Sequence record: PV730299.1
From: a phage
DNA: 64,000 bases
Reading direction: 5' to 3' (one strand)
Position 1 is the first letter of the stretch, and the number at the start of each line of letters is the position of its first letter. Both the position numbers and the translations under genes were made by a program. The notes under the pieces are model-generated. The model was not told the origin of the DNA. It ran no database searches and saw nothing but the letters and a program-made list of their open reading frames with translations. Shown here piece by piece: positions 1-10,059 of this stretch.

Positions 1-1050
1 GATGAGTCCAACAGCTCGTCCAAGAAAGCATTCTGGTTGCACATGGTGACCACCGATGCCTATAAGGACAGCATGATCCGATGCTCCCTCGGTCTTGACG
101 GTTCGTACTCTGACATGGCAAAGACAATCTTCAATCAGTTGGAGTCGCGCACCAAGTTCGAAGACATCGACCCGTCGTATGGAATTCAAGAGCGGTTCGC
201 CACCCCGCTCTGGCCTGTGCTGCGATCTATTGATTATATGGCGAGCCGTTCTTATGACGAATTGTTCATGCCATTCGTGTTCTATGAAGACTTCAATGGC
301 TATCACTTCAAGAGCCTGACGACGTTGTTCAACCAGGGTAGCCAGTCATTGACAGCAGAAGAGAAGCAGGAACTAGCTCAGCAGAACAAGTTGTTCCGTG
401 ATCCTCAGGACGCGCCGCTCATGCAGGATAACAACTTCAATTCTGAGCGCTTTATGCGCACGATCATCAAGGCAGAGAAGAAGCTGGCGCGTGACCAGTT
501 CATGGCAAACTACCGCGATGTCCTGGCGGTGAACGAGCGCGTCTACGACTTTGAGACCAAGACAGTCACCCCAACACAGCGCATCTATACTGAGTGGTTT
601 GCAGAGACGGCTCACCTTGATCCGTTCCCGATGTTCTCAGATGAATTCAATCGTCAGAACGTCCGTTACATTGAAGCCCAGCCGGATGGAGCGGAGCAGA
701 TTGATTATGCTCGTCGTGTTATCAACTTCAGTCTTGCCAGCACTGTGATGCGCGTGTTGCTCGTTGGTGATAACCGCCTGAACGTCGGTCAGGTGTTCTA
801 CGTCGAAGACCAGTCCAACCGTCCTAAGAAGAACGAAAACCTGGCAGAGTTAAGTAAGCTATCGACAGGCCACTATATCGTGACCAAAGTGCGTCACAAG
901 ATTTCCCGCCTGACCAAAGATTATCAGTGCATCGCTGAGATTGCCAAGGACAGTTTGCTGGAGCAGGTGCTTCCACCTCAGACCAATCAGACAACTGCTT
1001 CCACCACTACTCCTCAGGCGATTGAGAAAGGCCAAGCACAGAAGGTTTAA
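1..1050 (+). CDS. virion structural protein, putative tail/baseplate component (5' end outside window)
   Basis: Frame-1 ORF open from base 1 (first Met at 37), stop at 1048-1050; followed 11 nt later by the tape-measure-like gene on the same strand; no catalytic motif recognised. Confidence 0.45.
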   Translation, partial: DESNSSSKKAFWLHMVTTDAYKDSMIRCSLGLDGSYSDMAKTIFNQLESRTKFEDIDPSYGIQERFATPLWPVLRSIDYMASRSYDELFMPFVFYEDFNGYHFKSLTTLFNQGSQSLTAEEKQELAQQNKLFRDPQDAPLMQDNNFNSERFMRTIIKAEKKLARDQFMANYRDVLAVNERVYDFETKTVTPTQRIYTEWFAETAHLDPFPMFSDEFNRQNVRYIEAQPDGAEQIDYARRVINFSLASTVMRVLLVGDNRLNVGQVFYVEDQSNRPKKNENLAELSKLSTGHYIVTKVRHKISRLTKDYQCIAEIAKDSLLEQVLPPQTNQTTASTTTPQAIEKGQAQKV

Positions 1051-1061
1051 CGAGGTGACCC

Positions 1062-3008
1062 ATGGCACAGGAAGCAACGAACAATGATGTTGTCAAAGTT
1101 CTAGACAAGATCAAGGCGGAGATGATGCAGCGCAAACAACTCCGCGCTCAGAATGAAACCAACAGACAGCTTGACCGGATGAACAAGAATCTGGCCAAGC
1201 TGGAATCTGCCACTAAACAGGGCACCAAGGCCGAGTCCAAGCCATTTGAAATCCGTATCCCGACAGTCAATGAGATCGTCATGGGATTCGCTCGCATGTC
1301 TCCGATCTTCACCCGCGACTTCAGCGTATGGATGAAGGATACTGTCGATGTGGGTAACGAAGGCAATCGGGAACTGGAGAATATCGCAGGCAAGATTGAC
1401 CGCCTCGGTGAGATCACCCGCATGCCAACAGATGACACGTCCCTGGAGTATCTTAACCTGATCTCAGACCAGCTGAAGTCTGCCAATGATGACACCCTCA
1501 AGCGCATGGACGAGCAGAGTGTGTCTCTGGTCCGCGTGGGATCATTCTTGAACATGATCGACGGAGTGATGATCGAGGTTCGTGACGATGTTGCTGAACT
1601 GAAAAAGAACTCCGATGACACCCTTACTCGCTTGTCTAGCATTGAAAACAAGATTGGACGCACGGGCGGTCATATCGTTGGAGTGTTGACACGCATCTTT
1701 GATGAAGACCAGAAGTGGCGTGAGAAGGACGAGATGCGCCGTGGGGAAACCGACAAAGAAACGGGTGGTCATCCTCAGGCGGGTTCTGTTATACCCAAAG
1801 ACGATGACCAGAAAGACGATTCCTCCGGTATCGGGGCTGCTGTGGCGGCCATGCTTGGCCTGAATGCACTGAAGGGCTTCTTGCTCAAGCCGTTCAAGAT
1901 CATCGGTGGTGTTGTCGGGACTTTCCTCGGCATGTTTTCCAAGCTGGGAGAAGGTATCACCAAACTTCTGGGTCCATTTGGGAAGGTGTTTAAGTTCCTG
2001 AAAGTCGGCCCACTGGCTCTCCTGTCTATGATCTGGGACTTCGGTAAAGGCTTCATTGATGCGAAGGAGATCCTGGGTAAAGGTGCTGTCACGATAGTTG
2101 ACCGAGTACGGGCGGGGATATCAGAACTGGTTGGTGGATTTGGTGATCTATTTGACTGGGTGTCCAAGATCTTTGGCTTTGATACCGAGGCGGGTGAAAC
2201 CCTGCGCAAATACACCCTCATGATCACTGAGGCTCCCTCTCGTTGGCTGAATGGTATTATCGACTGGATTAGCAACGACTTGTTTGCAGGGATCGGGAGA
2301 GACACGTCTCTTACGGATATCCCTGGCAAGTTAGCAGACAACCTACAGTCCGAGTTGATAAAGCTGGTAGACTGGATCACAGGGGGTATCAGTAGTGTGA
2401 TCGACGAGGGCATGGGTGTGGCCAACAAGGTCATTGACGATATCAAGAAGGGATTTGCCGAAAATGTGAAGAAACCTTTCTTCAACATGCTGAACACAAT
2501 CACCAATGCGATGTTCGATATCGTTGACAAGTTCGTCAGCATCATCCCTGACGCTCTGGGTGGACAGGCTGCGAAGCAGAAGATGGATGAGGCTCGCCAG
2601 TCTATGCTGATTGACACTGATGAGAATCCATCTCCTAATGTGACAGAGACCCAGCAGCCACAGACGCCAGCACAACCGAACATCGATCCACAAACGCTGA
2701 CTCCAATACCTTCTGGTGCGTCTTCGGATGACAAGAATATGACTAATGACCGCACCTCTCAGCTGAAAGCTGCGTATGGTTCTATCGGGGGTGGTACTCT
2801 GGGCGGGGCGATGCCATCACAAGGGAGGGCGCTGTCTAATATTGAACAAGTACAAGGCGGCTATTCACCGCCTCCAGCCAGCGTCGTGATGCCAGTACAG
2901 CAGAATGTGGATGCTTCTAAGAGGATCAACACGACCAATAACTTCAACAGCTCATATCTTGAGCCTGAGAACAAAACAGATAATTCCCGCATCCTGTGGG
3001 AATGGTAA
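1062..3008 (+). CDS. tape-measure-like / internal virion protein
   Basis: 648 aa; N-terminal coiled-coil-like region, central Gly-rich hydrophobic block (GIGAAVAAMLGLNALKGF...GGVVGTFLGMF), Pro/Gln-rich C-terminus; RBS GAGGTGA upstream of ATG. Confidence 0.5.
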   Translation: MAQEATNNDVVKVLDKIKAEMMQRKQLRAQNETNRQLDRMNKNLAKLESATKQGTKAESKPFEIRIPTVNEIVMGFARMSPIFTRDFSVWMKDTVDVGNEGNRELENIAGKIDRLGEITRMPTDDTSLEYLNLISDQLKSANDDTLKRMDEQSVSLVRVGSFLNMIDGVMIEVRDDVAELKKNSDDTLTRLSSIENKIGRTGGHIVGVLTRIFDEDQKWREKDEMRRGETDKETGGHPQAGSVIPKDDDQKDDSSGIGAAVAAMLGLNALKGFLLKPFKIIGGVVGTFLGMFSKLGEGITKLLGPFGKVFKFLKVGPLALLSMIWDFGKGFIDAKEILGKGAVTIVDRVRAGISELVGGFGDLFDWVSKIFGFDTEAGETLRKYTLMITEAPSRWLNGIIDWISNDLFAGIGRDTSLTDIPGKLADNLQSELIKLVDWITGGISSVIDEGMGVANKVIDDIKKGFAENVKKPFFNMLNTITNAMFDIVDKFVSIIPDALGGQAAKQKMDEARQSMLIDTDENPSPNVTETQQPQTPAQPNIDPQTLTPIPSGASSDDKNMTNDRTSQLKAAYGSIGGGTLGGAMPSQGRALSNIEQVQGGYSPPPASVVMPVQQNVDASKRINTTNNFNSSYLEPENKTDNSRILWEW

Positions 3009-3668
3009 TCAGATTCCGTGGGCTTGTATTAGCTCACGGAGTCTCTGTTTTGAATATGTGGTATCCTCATCCGGAACCACAGCATTCGTCTTCCTGAGCA
3101 AGAACGCCTCTGAGTTCCAGTAGATGTCATCACGCAGAATCGTATCGTATAGATGAATGAACCCAACGATCTTGTTCAGACCGACAAGGAACCAAATCGG
3201 GAACTTCTTGATGATGATGTCTGTCAGCAACGGTGGATGGCCTGTACCCGTCCCCTTGATGTACTCAATGAAGGTGCAGTTGCGCTCCCTTATGGCAGGG
3301 ATCATCTCCCGCTCGAACTCCTCAAGGAAGTTATATGTGAAGTTCTCGTACAGCTTACGGTATTCATCATAATTGGCCTGAGCCTGGCGTGTAAGCAATG
3401 TCGTCACCCAGGTCTTGGGTGATTTGATGAAGTTGGCAATGATGTAGTTCTCTACCACTTCACCCTGTGTTGACTCGAACCGACGGGCAAGGCGAGCAAA
3501 CTGTTTGCACACGGCCTCCTTCGCCAAGAACGTCTCGAACTTGTAATTCATAGGTCCATACAAGCTGTAATCGAAGTCCTTAGTGGTGAAGTGCAGCTTG
3601 ATCGCCATGAAGACACAGTAAACGTTGAACGCCCGCTCGAACTCCATCTTCTGCCACTCTGTTAGCAT
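3009..3668 (-). CDS. helicase-loader-like protein (T4 gp59-like, tentative)
   Basis: 219 aa; pattern resemblance to T4 gp59 recalled from memory, not verified by search. Confidence 0.35.
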   Translation of the reverse strand: MLTEWQKMEFERAFNVYCVFMAIKLHFTTKDFDYSLYGPMNYKFETFLAKEAVCKQFARLARRFESTQGEVVENYIIANFIKSPKTWVTTLLTRQAQANYDEYRKLYENFTYNFLEEFEREMIPAIRERNCTFIEYIKGTGTGHPPLLTDIIIKKFPIWFLVGLNKIVGFIHLYDTILRDDIYWNSEAFLLRKTNAVVPDEDTTYSKQRLRELIQAHGI

Positions 3669-3916
3669 TTGCGTTCCTCTTCTTTAATAAATTGCAATAA
3701 CTCTTCCATCAGCCCTTTCTTCTTGATGAACTGTAACACTAGGATGAAGCGACGGAAGGAGCGGGGGACAACACGATAACCCTTCGCCCAGTAGTTCACA
3801 ACATTAGAACAATCCAATAAACGAGCCAGCCCAGATTGTGACACCCCGAGGCTCAGTAGAACCTTGTACATGTACTTCTTGTCATTTACCGGAAGTTCTT
3901 TCATTCTTAAACTCAT
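3662..3916 (-). CDS. small helix-turn-helix-like protein
   Basis: 84 aa; segment LSLGVSQSGLARLLDCSNVVNYWAKG resembles an HTH; start codon uncertain. Confidence 0.35.
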   Translation of the reverse strand: MSLRMKELPVNDKKYMYKVLLSLGVSQSGLARLLDCSNVVNYWAKGYRVVPRSFRRFILVLQFIKKKGLMEELLQFIKEEERKC

Positions 3917-4139
3917 GATACTTGTCCGCTAATGTCTTGTAATATTTGTTAGGATTATACTCCTGTTTGGAATAGTGAAGAGTAAGGGAAGCACTCAGAC
4001 CTAGGATAATCACGACAACGAGCGCCTTGTGGTTATTGATCTCGGGAATAGCTATCCACACCAGCAACAACACAAGCGAGCTGATAATCAAGGACAGTAA
4101 GAACGTTAATGCAATCACCAATGCGAATAGCTCGTCCAT
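3882..4139 (-). CDS. small membrane protein
   Basis: 85 aa with long hydrophobic stretch ALVIALTFLLSLIISSLVLLLVWIAI. Confidence 0.4.
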   Translation of the reverse strand: MDELFALVIALTFLLSLIISSLVLLLVWIAIPEINNHKALVVVIILGLSASLTLHYSKQEYNPNKYYKTLADKYHEFKNERTSGK

Positions 4140-4143
4140 CAGA

Positions 4144-4377
4144 TCACACCTCTTTGTGTTTCTTCATCTTGCGGACAGTGCCCACAAACCCAAGATCCTT
4201 CCCGCAATGGGTGCAGATAGCATGGCAAGCATGGTTCTCACGATAGGTGCTGTGTTTGCAGCGCCATTGCTTGAACGCCGAACGGGCAACTAGGATCACG
4301 GCGATCAAGAAGACGATACCGGATATCTGAAGTTCAACCAAGAACTTCGCCCACCAGAAACTCATATACTCACCCAT
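4144..4377 (-). CDS. small membrane/Cys-rich protein
   Basis: Start moved to internal ATG (MGEY...) preceded by GGAG; one TM-like segment plus CxxC-containing tail; 8-nt overlap with ligase gene end. Confidence 0.4.
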   Translation of the reverse strand: MGEYMSFWWAKFLVELQISGIVFLIAVILVARSAFKQWRCKHSTYRENHACHAICTHCGKDLGFVGTVRKMKKHKEV

Positions 4378-5800
4378 TACTCTTCTCCAACAGGAATGCG
4401 ATGTTTTCGATGTACGCTTTCTGTATCGCATAGACTTCATCCAGTGTGTTGGCCACTTTCTTGTCAATGCGGACTTCTACAAGGCGAGGCAGGAACAAAG
4501 ACTTCATCGCATCATCTGTCTTATCCTGTACGCCATTGGAGAGCACTGCGGCGATCTTGCCAATGTAGTCGCCCTGGTTCTCCCACATATGGCGTCTCAG
4601 CTCATCTGAGATCCCTGATACGCCAACAACAAGCAGGCTGTCGGAAGTTTTACAAATCAGTGAGCCAAAAGTCTTGGCGTGTTTACCCTTCTTGTCAGCC
4701 TCGTTGAAGCCCACGATTTCAAGGTCACACTCAACCTCCATCTTCAGCTTCAGACCTTCAGAAGAAGTCCCATCTTCCCAAGGCATGTCGGCGGCCTTAC
4801 ATATCGTGCCTTCTTCTTTGCGAGCCAGCGCGTCTTTGAAGTGGTCGACGGCTTCGGCAAATGAGTGAACAACGCGGGTTTCTTGAACCTGAACCAGACC
4901 GTCGTCTTCATCAAACAGTTGCTGGATAATATCGAAGCGGCGCTCATACGGGATATCCACGCGCTGGGCGTTGAACCAGTTGTCGTACGGGATAACATCC
5001 CACACCCGGTAGATCACCCGATAACGATCTTCCAGGGGTTCTCCTGTCTGAATCACGCTGTTGAGTTTACCGTTACCGACAGCACGAGGCAGGATGGTAT
5101 TCGACTTGAGGTCAACAACGAGAAGTTCACCATGGAACACACTCTCACCAATCCCCGCATCGTAGATCAGGTCTTTGAACACCAGTGAAAGGTTATCAAC
5201 CGAACCACCTGCGATAAGGGAACCGGAGCGAGAGCGAATCTCAGGCTCTTTATTGTACCGACATATGATGTTGGCGAACATACCGTCTGACTTCAGCTGG
5301 CTGTAGACGCCGCGCTTGAAGTCCATCTTCTTCAGCAGGTCAATCGTCATGTTGTCGTAACGATGATACGGAAGAATGTTGATCAGGCGTCCAGTGCCTC
5401 CGGCGGCGTTGAATGCAGCGTTGATGCCCTTCTCAGCGATACCCGCCTTGATATCACGGTCTAGGATCATCTGAATGAGTTCGTGGTATTGGGGATCCAT
5501 CTTCAGGGCGACAGAGGCCAACAGGGCATCAGCCTTTTGGCCACCGACAAGACGCTGCGCCATCTGGTCGAGGACGTCATAGACTTCGCTGATGTCATCA
5601 GTCTTCTCACGGACGAGCATGCGAGGATACGCGCTGAGCTTCAACTCAGTCCGATAGAACGACGTCATTGGGTCATAGACATACTGCAGGAAGTCTGCCA
5701 AGTCTGGGTTGTTCTTGAATGCTTCGGTCAGCACGGCTTTCTTCGCATTGCTGCCTTTGGTTTCGCGAAGTCGGTGGACTATTTCAAGGATAGGGATCAT
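4370..5800 (-). CDS. ATP-dependent DNA ligase
   Basis: 476 aa; adenylation motif KSDG (QLKSDGMFANI); ATG preceded by GGAGG. Confidence 0.85.
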   Translation of the reverse strand: MIPILEIVHRLRETKGSNAKKAVLTEAFKNNPDLADFLQYVYDPMTSFYRTELKLSAYPRMLVREKTDDISEVYDVLDQMAQRLVGGQKADALLASVALKMDPQYHELIQMILDRDIKAGIAEKGINAAFNAAGGTGRLINILPYHRYDNMTIDLLKKMDFKRGVYSQLKSDGMFANIICRYNKEPEIRSRSGSLIAGGSVDNLSLVFKDLIYDAGIGESVFHGELLVVDLKSNTILPRAVGNGKLNSVIQTGEPLEDRYRVIYRVWDVIPYDNWFNAQRVDIPYERRFDIIQQLFDEDDGLVQVQETRVVHSFAEAVDHFKDALARKEEGTICKAADMPWEDGTSSEGLKLKMEVECDLEIVGFNEADKKGKHAKTFGSLICKTSDSLLVVGVSGISDELRRHMWENQGDYIGKIAAVLSNGVQDKTDDAMKSLFLPRLVEVRIDKKVANTLDEVYAIQKAYIENIAFLLEKSNG

Positions 5801-5808
5801 GTGGTGCC

Positions 5809-5843
5809 TCCAGGGTTATATGTGCTGCTATTATAACCCTGGA
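5809..5843 (-). promoter_or_regulatory. perfect 12-bp stem-loop overlapping the Shine-Dalgarno region of the DNA ligase gene
   Basis: TCCAGGGTTATA-11 nt loop-TATAACCCTGGA; 3' arm on mRNA strand runs into GGAGG SD; no U tract. Confidence 0.4.
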
Positions 5844-5923
5844 GACTTCAATATATTATCAGGGAACGAATCTCAGCACTCAGCGACGGTATACAGAACA
5901 ACCAGTTGATAAACTTTATCATG

Positions 5924-6136
5924 TCACTTCCTCATCAGTGAGAGCAGATTGACCGTAGCCGGGCGCGCATCAGGGGCGTAGAAGACGTCCTGAGAGTGCC
6001 TCTTACAGCACGGGCAATCCTTCGTGGCGATTACACAGGGAGCCTTGTCCACGGCAAATCCAGCGGCTTCGGCTTCCTTCACAGTGGTGAATGGCATGTA
6101 GGCACTTGTGCCCTGCCCTCCGCATGAACATTCCAT
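5924..6136 (-). CDS. small Cys-rich protein
   Basis: 70 aa with CSCGG...C...CPCC cysteine cluster; ORF-track start is TTG, taken here from following ATG with AGAGGAAA RBS. Confidence 0.35.
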   Translation of the reverse strand: MECSCGGQGTSAYMPFTTVKEAEAAGFAVDKAPCVIATKDCPCCKRHSQDVFYAPDARPATVNLLSLMRK

Positions 6137-6248
6137 CAACGTTTCCTCTTAAAGGGGATGACCAGGGCTATGATGAGAAGCATAGCTGTAATCATCCCAC
6201 ATGCTATCAGACCAAAGGCGAACGACTTCAGAACAAACTCAATCAAAT

Positions 6249-7442
6249 TCATAATTTCCTCAATTTGGCTCTAGTGACCTGAGTTTGTTTAACGCCGTTG
6301 TACTCAGTCAGTTCTTTGACACGACCACGGATGATCATATCGCCCTGCAAGAACTCTGTATCCATATAAGAGGTCTTCCAGGTAATTGTATTGCCTTCTG
6401 CTGTTTTGAAAGTAAACAGGTAACTATCACCATATTCATTGGAGAAGAGAAAGGTGCGCTTGTCGAACCTGACTTGCACTTCCAGCATTTCACCGACTTC
6501 ACCCACCCATTTGTTCTCCACCTTGCGGTCAGTACGAGGACGATGGATGTAATCGTAATACTTCTTGGCACCCCAGCGGACTGTGTTGTTATCCTTGATG
6601 AGGTGATAGCCGGGTTCACACATGCGTTTCAGGCGAACATTGAACTCATTAGATTCAGACAGCGCACTGATGAAAAGCTTCATATGGTACATTTCCGACT
6701 CGGCATCTTCACGGTATTCGTGTGCCTTGTTTACGAAATACTCTTCATCGGAACCTGCTTTTGGTTTCTGGTGAGACCGGACATAGCCCAGTACTTTGTC
6801 AAACAGTTCAGACTTGATATCCACGCCTGCCAGCATCACCTGGAAGCATGCGCGCAGGTAACTGTGGGTGTCGACGAAGTGCTCATTTTGGACGCGATAT
6901 ATACCCTCTGGGTCGTCCTCGTCTGGCATGAAGAACTCTTGGATTTCCAGATAGTAAGACATAATCGCGTCAAGGGACTTCTGATGAGGCACATAATGAT
7001 GCATACAGGTGCTACCAATCAGCATCTGGGTATGCGTTTCCTCATTTTCAATCACATACGTGTTCTTGCGACGGATGGCTAGATTGCAATGCTGACACCA
7101 AGAGACGTTCTCTGTCTCGAAGCGACGGATGAAGTCAGGATTGATGTTGTCGGACAGGCGGTTAAGAATAACCTTTGGATATTCGTGATTGAACTGACCG
7201 ATGATCTTCCAGCCACCATAAGAGATGGGGCGGTCAATGCCTTCGCCTTCGAGAGTAACAGGTTTCCACCAGTGAGTAAGGATCCCACCAGTGAAGTCGC
7301 GGGTGTGGGTTTTGAAGGGTTCACCATAAGTCACAGTCGGAAACGGAACACCCAACCTTTCGGCAGTGCGCTCGAGCTTCTTCAGTCGCTCAACTACCAA
7401 CCCTTCATTGTCGATCGGAATATTGAATGTTTTGACGTTCAT
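6249..7442 (-). CDS. hypothetical protein with Cys/His cluster
   Basis: Start moved to MNVK (RBS GAGG); contains CQHC...C.HH cluster; no family recognised. Confidence 0.45.
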   Translation of the reverse strand: MNVKTFNIPIDNEGLVVERLKKLERTAERLGVPFPTVTYGEPFKTHTRDFTGGILTHWWKPVTLEGEGIDRPISYGGWKIIGQFNHEYPKVILNRLSDNINPDFIRRFETENVSWCQHCNLAIRRKNTYVIENEETHTQMLIGSTCMHHYVPHQKSLDAIMSYYLEIQEFFMPDEDDPEGIYRVQNEHFVDTHSYLRACFQVMLAGVDIKSELFDKVLGYVRSHQKPKAGSDEEYFVNKAHEYREDAESEMYHMKLFISALSESNEFNVRLKRMCEPGYHLIKDNNTVRWGAKKYYDYIHRPRTDRKVENKWVGEVGEMLEVQVRFDKRTFLFSNEYGDSYLFTFKTAEGNTITWKTSYMDTEFLQGDMIIRGRVKELTEYNGVKQTQVTRAKLRKL

Positions 7443-7521
7443 TTCCAGCCTCATGATGTAGTTGTAACTCTTCAATACAGATTAAATATTAGGCGATTAT
7501 TTCTTGAAAGTAAAGTTATTG

Positions 7522-7550
7522 AAGTAAAAAGCCCAGTACTTGACTGGGCT
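7522..7550 (-). terminator. rho-independent terminator
   Basis: Hairpin GCCCAGT-acttg-ACTGGGC followed on minus strand by TTTTTAC; downstream of gene 7569..7883. Confidence 0.6.
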
Positions 7551-7568
7551 TCTTGGTGTTCGATTGAC

Positions 7569-7883
7569 TTATTCGCCACTGACATTCGGGTCTCGATCGG
7601 GCTTGGCGTTCGGGAATAAAGACTCGTATAAGTCTTGATATTTCTCGCTCGTTTCGATCGTCTTATGGTAAGTTCCATTGGCGCGGTCGGATACAACCTT
7701 GCGCAAGTCGCTGGCCTTGATACCCGTGTCTTTCGCCAGCTCGGCCAGAGTCTCAGTAATGAAAGTCTGTTCCGACTTGATGCGGACCTGGGCGGCACGA
7801 CAGTTTTCAATTGCACCTATCAGCTTGCGACGGGATTCAGGATCAGATGGTAGTACATAAAAACCGATTTGTTCTACAGACAT
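7569..7883 (-). CDS. hypothetical protein
   Basis: 104-aa ORF; followed on minus strand by a hairpin terminator; no motif recognised. Confidence 0.4.
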   Translation of the reverse strand: MSVEQIGFYVLPSDPESRRKLIGAIENCRAAQVRIKSEQTFITETLAELAKDTGIKASDLRKVVSDRANGTYHKTIETSEKYQDLYESLFPNAKPDRDPNVSGE

Positions 7884-7898
7884 TTGGTGTTCCTCTTG

Positions 7899-8234
7899 TT
7901 AAGATCTCATACCTCGTGGGATCAGATTAGTCCCGCAACGGCGTAAAAAGAAGTTTACGATTGAGTGATACTGGAACTTCGGGATGATCTCTACACCATC
8001 TTCCGTCGTATACCATTCCACTGTGTTGGTGCGCACTGGAAGGGGAAATGACGGCAGATCCAGCTGTACGAGTTCACCCTCTTGGCATATCATACCAATT
8101 CCATATTCCTCCCAGATTTTACGATTGTTGAAGAACTCCAGAGTCTGCTCCGGACTCAGCTCAATCGCTTGTTTGGTGTGGCACACCTGTTTGGCGGCCT
8201 GCACCAGGCCAGCCATAAAATCATTGTGTGACAT
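7899..8234 (-). CDS. hypothetical protein
   Basis: 111-aa ORF; sigma70-like TATAAT box upstream; no motif recognised. Confidence 0.4.
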   Translation of the reverse strand: MSHNDFMAGLVQAAKQVCHTKQAIELSPEQTLEFFNNRKIWEEYGIGMICQEGELVQLDLPSFPLPVRTNTVEWYTTEDGVEIIPKFQYHSIVNFFLRRCGTNLIPRGMRS

Positions 8235-8298
8235 GATGTGCTCCTAGTTTACATTCAGATCATAGAATTATACCCTATGACCCGCTTTATTGAATTGC

Positions 8299-9723
8299 CT
8301 AGAATTTCCAATTATTGACTGTTTGGGCTTTCTGCTCATCGCTGGCAGTAGCCCCGGACTTGTTGAGGTCATGTTTGATGTGTACGTTTTCGACATATTT
8401 GGCCTCAGCCTCAGTCAGGTCCTTCTTAACTTCATTCCAGTCCAGGTCAAACAGGATCTGTTTGTCTTGGTCCATACCAAACAGGAATGATTTCAGCTTC
8501 TGCTTGTTGGCATAACGGTTCTTGAGTATTGAGGCTCGGGCTTTCTTGACCGCCGCCAGTTCGTCAGGAGCATAGAATGCCATGATGAAGTCGGCCACCT
8601 TCGGAATACCGATAGCATCTGCCAAATCACTGATTCCACCATCAGTGCTATTCTGATTCTCACGATTGAACTGCATACCAGTCCATACAGGGACATCAAA
8701 CTCAAATCCCAGCGCACGAAACTCACGAGCCACAGACGTGTAATAGACGTTCGTGTTCTGCATCAGGTGGGCAGGCAGGCGCGAGGAAGCAGCTTCGCCA
8801 AGATAGTCAATAACGATAACATCAGGAGCACGACCAGTTGCCTGGATGTACTCAAGGATATCGCGGCGGAATAAACCTGTGTGTCCAGTACCGGAAGGAT
8901 ATTCCTTGATGACGATATCACCCTTGGGCGCACCATCTTGGCGACTGCGGAGCTTCTCTATCGTTGCAATATACTCGTGCCTTGTGAGTTTCTCTAAAGA
9001 CTCAAAGTCGCGTCGCATGATACGGGCATCAAGACGGTGTCGCCAGACGTTCTCGGCCACTTCGAGGGTGAAGACAAAGACGTTCAGCCCCTGCTCCGAG
9101 TACCCTGCGGTCAGGTCAATCAGCGTTGTGGTCTTACCTGCGTTGATCGCACCTGTTACGATGTTCAGTGTCTTCTTACCAACGCCACCACGTGTCGCCT
9201 TATTGAAGATCTCAACTGCGAACGGGATCTTGGCCTCGTTGGAGTTCATGTGGTCATACTGCTCTGCCGCCATCTCCCAATAGATGTGACCGAGGTATGA
9301 ATCAAACCGGATCGCCAGGGCTTCCTGCAACATGGTCGGGATGTTGTTCATCTCGTCCTTGCGCTTCTCGTCACCGTAGATGTTAACGGCGGTCTTGATT
9401 GCGTTGTGTACGGCCTTTTGCCGTGCCCAAGCCTCGGTTTCCTTCGCCAGCCACTCTTCATTGAAGGTGTTGTCGTTGATGTTCTCCAGGGCAGATACCG
9501 CCTGGTCAAACACATATTCGTTCAGCTTTGTCCGTTCAAGAATTATAGATAGTGCTTCGACAGACGGGCGGGCATTGTACTCTGAGGTATAACTGTCAAT
9601 CAGACCAAAGATGACCTTTTCGCCTTCGTTGTCAAAATAATCGGCTTTCAGGTACGGCAGGATCTTTCTTTGGTAATCTTCATTGTAAATCAACTGTGAA
9701 AGCACGACAGATTCGAGTAACAT
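8299..9723 (-). CDS. DnaB-family replicative DNA helicase (T4 gp41-like)
   Basis: 474 aa; Walker A GAINAGKTT; DnaB-like N-terminal region and RecA-fold ATPase core. Confidence 0.85.
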   Translation of the reverse strand: MLLESVVLSQLIYNEDYQRKILPYLKADYFDNEGEKVIFGLIDSYTSEYNARPSVEALSIILERTKLNEYVFDQAVSALENINDNTFNEEWLAKETEAWARQKAVHNAIKTAVNIYGDEKRKDEMNNIPTMLQEALAIRFDSYLGHIYWEMAAEQYDHMNSNEAKIPFAVEIFNKATRGGVGKKTLNIVTGAINAGKTTTLIDLTAGYSEQGLNVFVFTLEVAENVWRHRLDARIMRRDFESLEKLTRHEYIATIEKLRSRQDGAPKGDIVIKEYPSGTGHTGLFRRDILEYIQATGRAPDVIVIDYLGEAASSRLPAHLMQNTNVYYTSVAREFRALGFEFDVPVWTGMQFNRENQNSTDGGISDLADAIGIPKVADFIMAFYAPDELAAVKKARASILKNRYANKQKLKSFLFGMDQDKQILFDLDWNEVKKDLTEAEAKYVENVHIKHDLNKSGATASDEQKAQTVNNWKF

Positions 9724-9729
9724 TGGCCA

Positions 9730-10059
9730 CTACCCCACCAAAAATTTATTATATTCCTGAGCATTACGCTGCATGATGTCTACAAGGATATCCCCTGACA
9801 CCTCAGTGAACAAGTCATTTTCTTTCAAATTCACAAACATCAGACGCAATGGTTTCTTCAATATATCAGTCACGAAAGACAGGCGGGGTTCGCCGTCCAC
9901 TTCGTTGATGGCCACCTTGCCGAACCGGAATTGAACACCACGGAATTTGCCAGAAGTGATCTTGATGATCGCCAGCTGATCAGCACCAGGGTCGATGATT
10001 GTGTAGTTATTGGGGGAGTCTCCTCCCCCTCCACTGTTATTCGCTTGTGTTGATAACAT
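9730..10059 (-). CDS. hypothetical protein (position equivalent to T4 gene 40)
   Basis: Start moved to MLSTQ... (GGAG upstream); lies between UvsX and helicase genes as gene 40 does in T4. Confidence 0.35.
   Translation of the reverse strand: MLSTQANNSGGGGDSPNNYTIIDPGADQLAIIKITSGKFRGVQFRFGKVAINEVDGEPRLSFVTDILKKPLRLMFVNLKENDLFTEVSGDILVDIMQRNAQEYNKFLVG

Noticed and set aside
1775-2755. 326-aa minus-strand ORF inside the tape-measure-like gene
   Set aside because: Entirely antisense to a longer ORF with good RBS; Ser/Pro/Ile-rich low-complexity translation typical of a spurious antisense frame
6285-7082. 265-aa plus-strand ORF overlapping gene 6249..7442
   Set aside because: Antisense to a better-supported minus-strand ORF with RBS in a region where all neighbours are minus-strand
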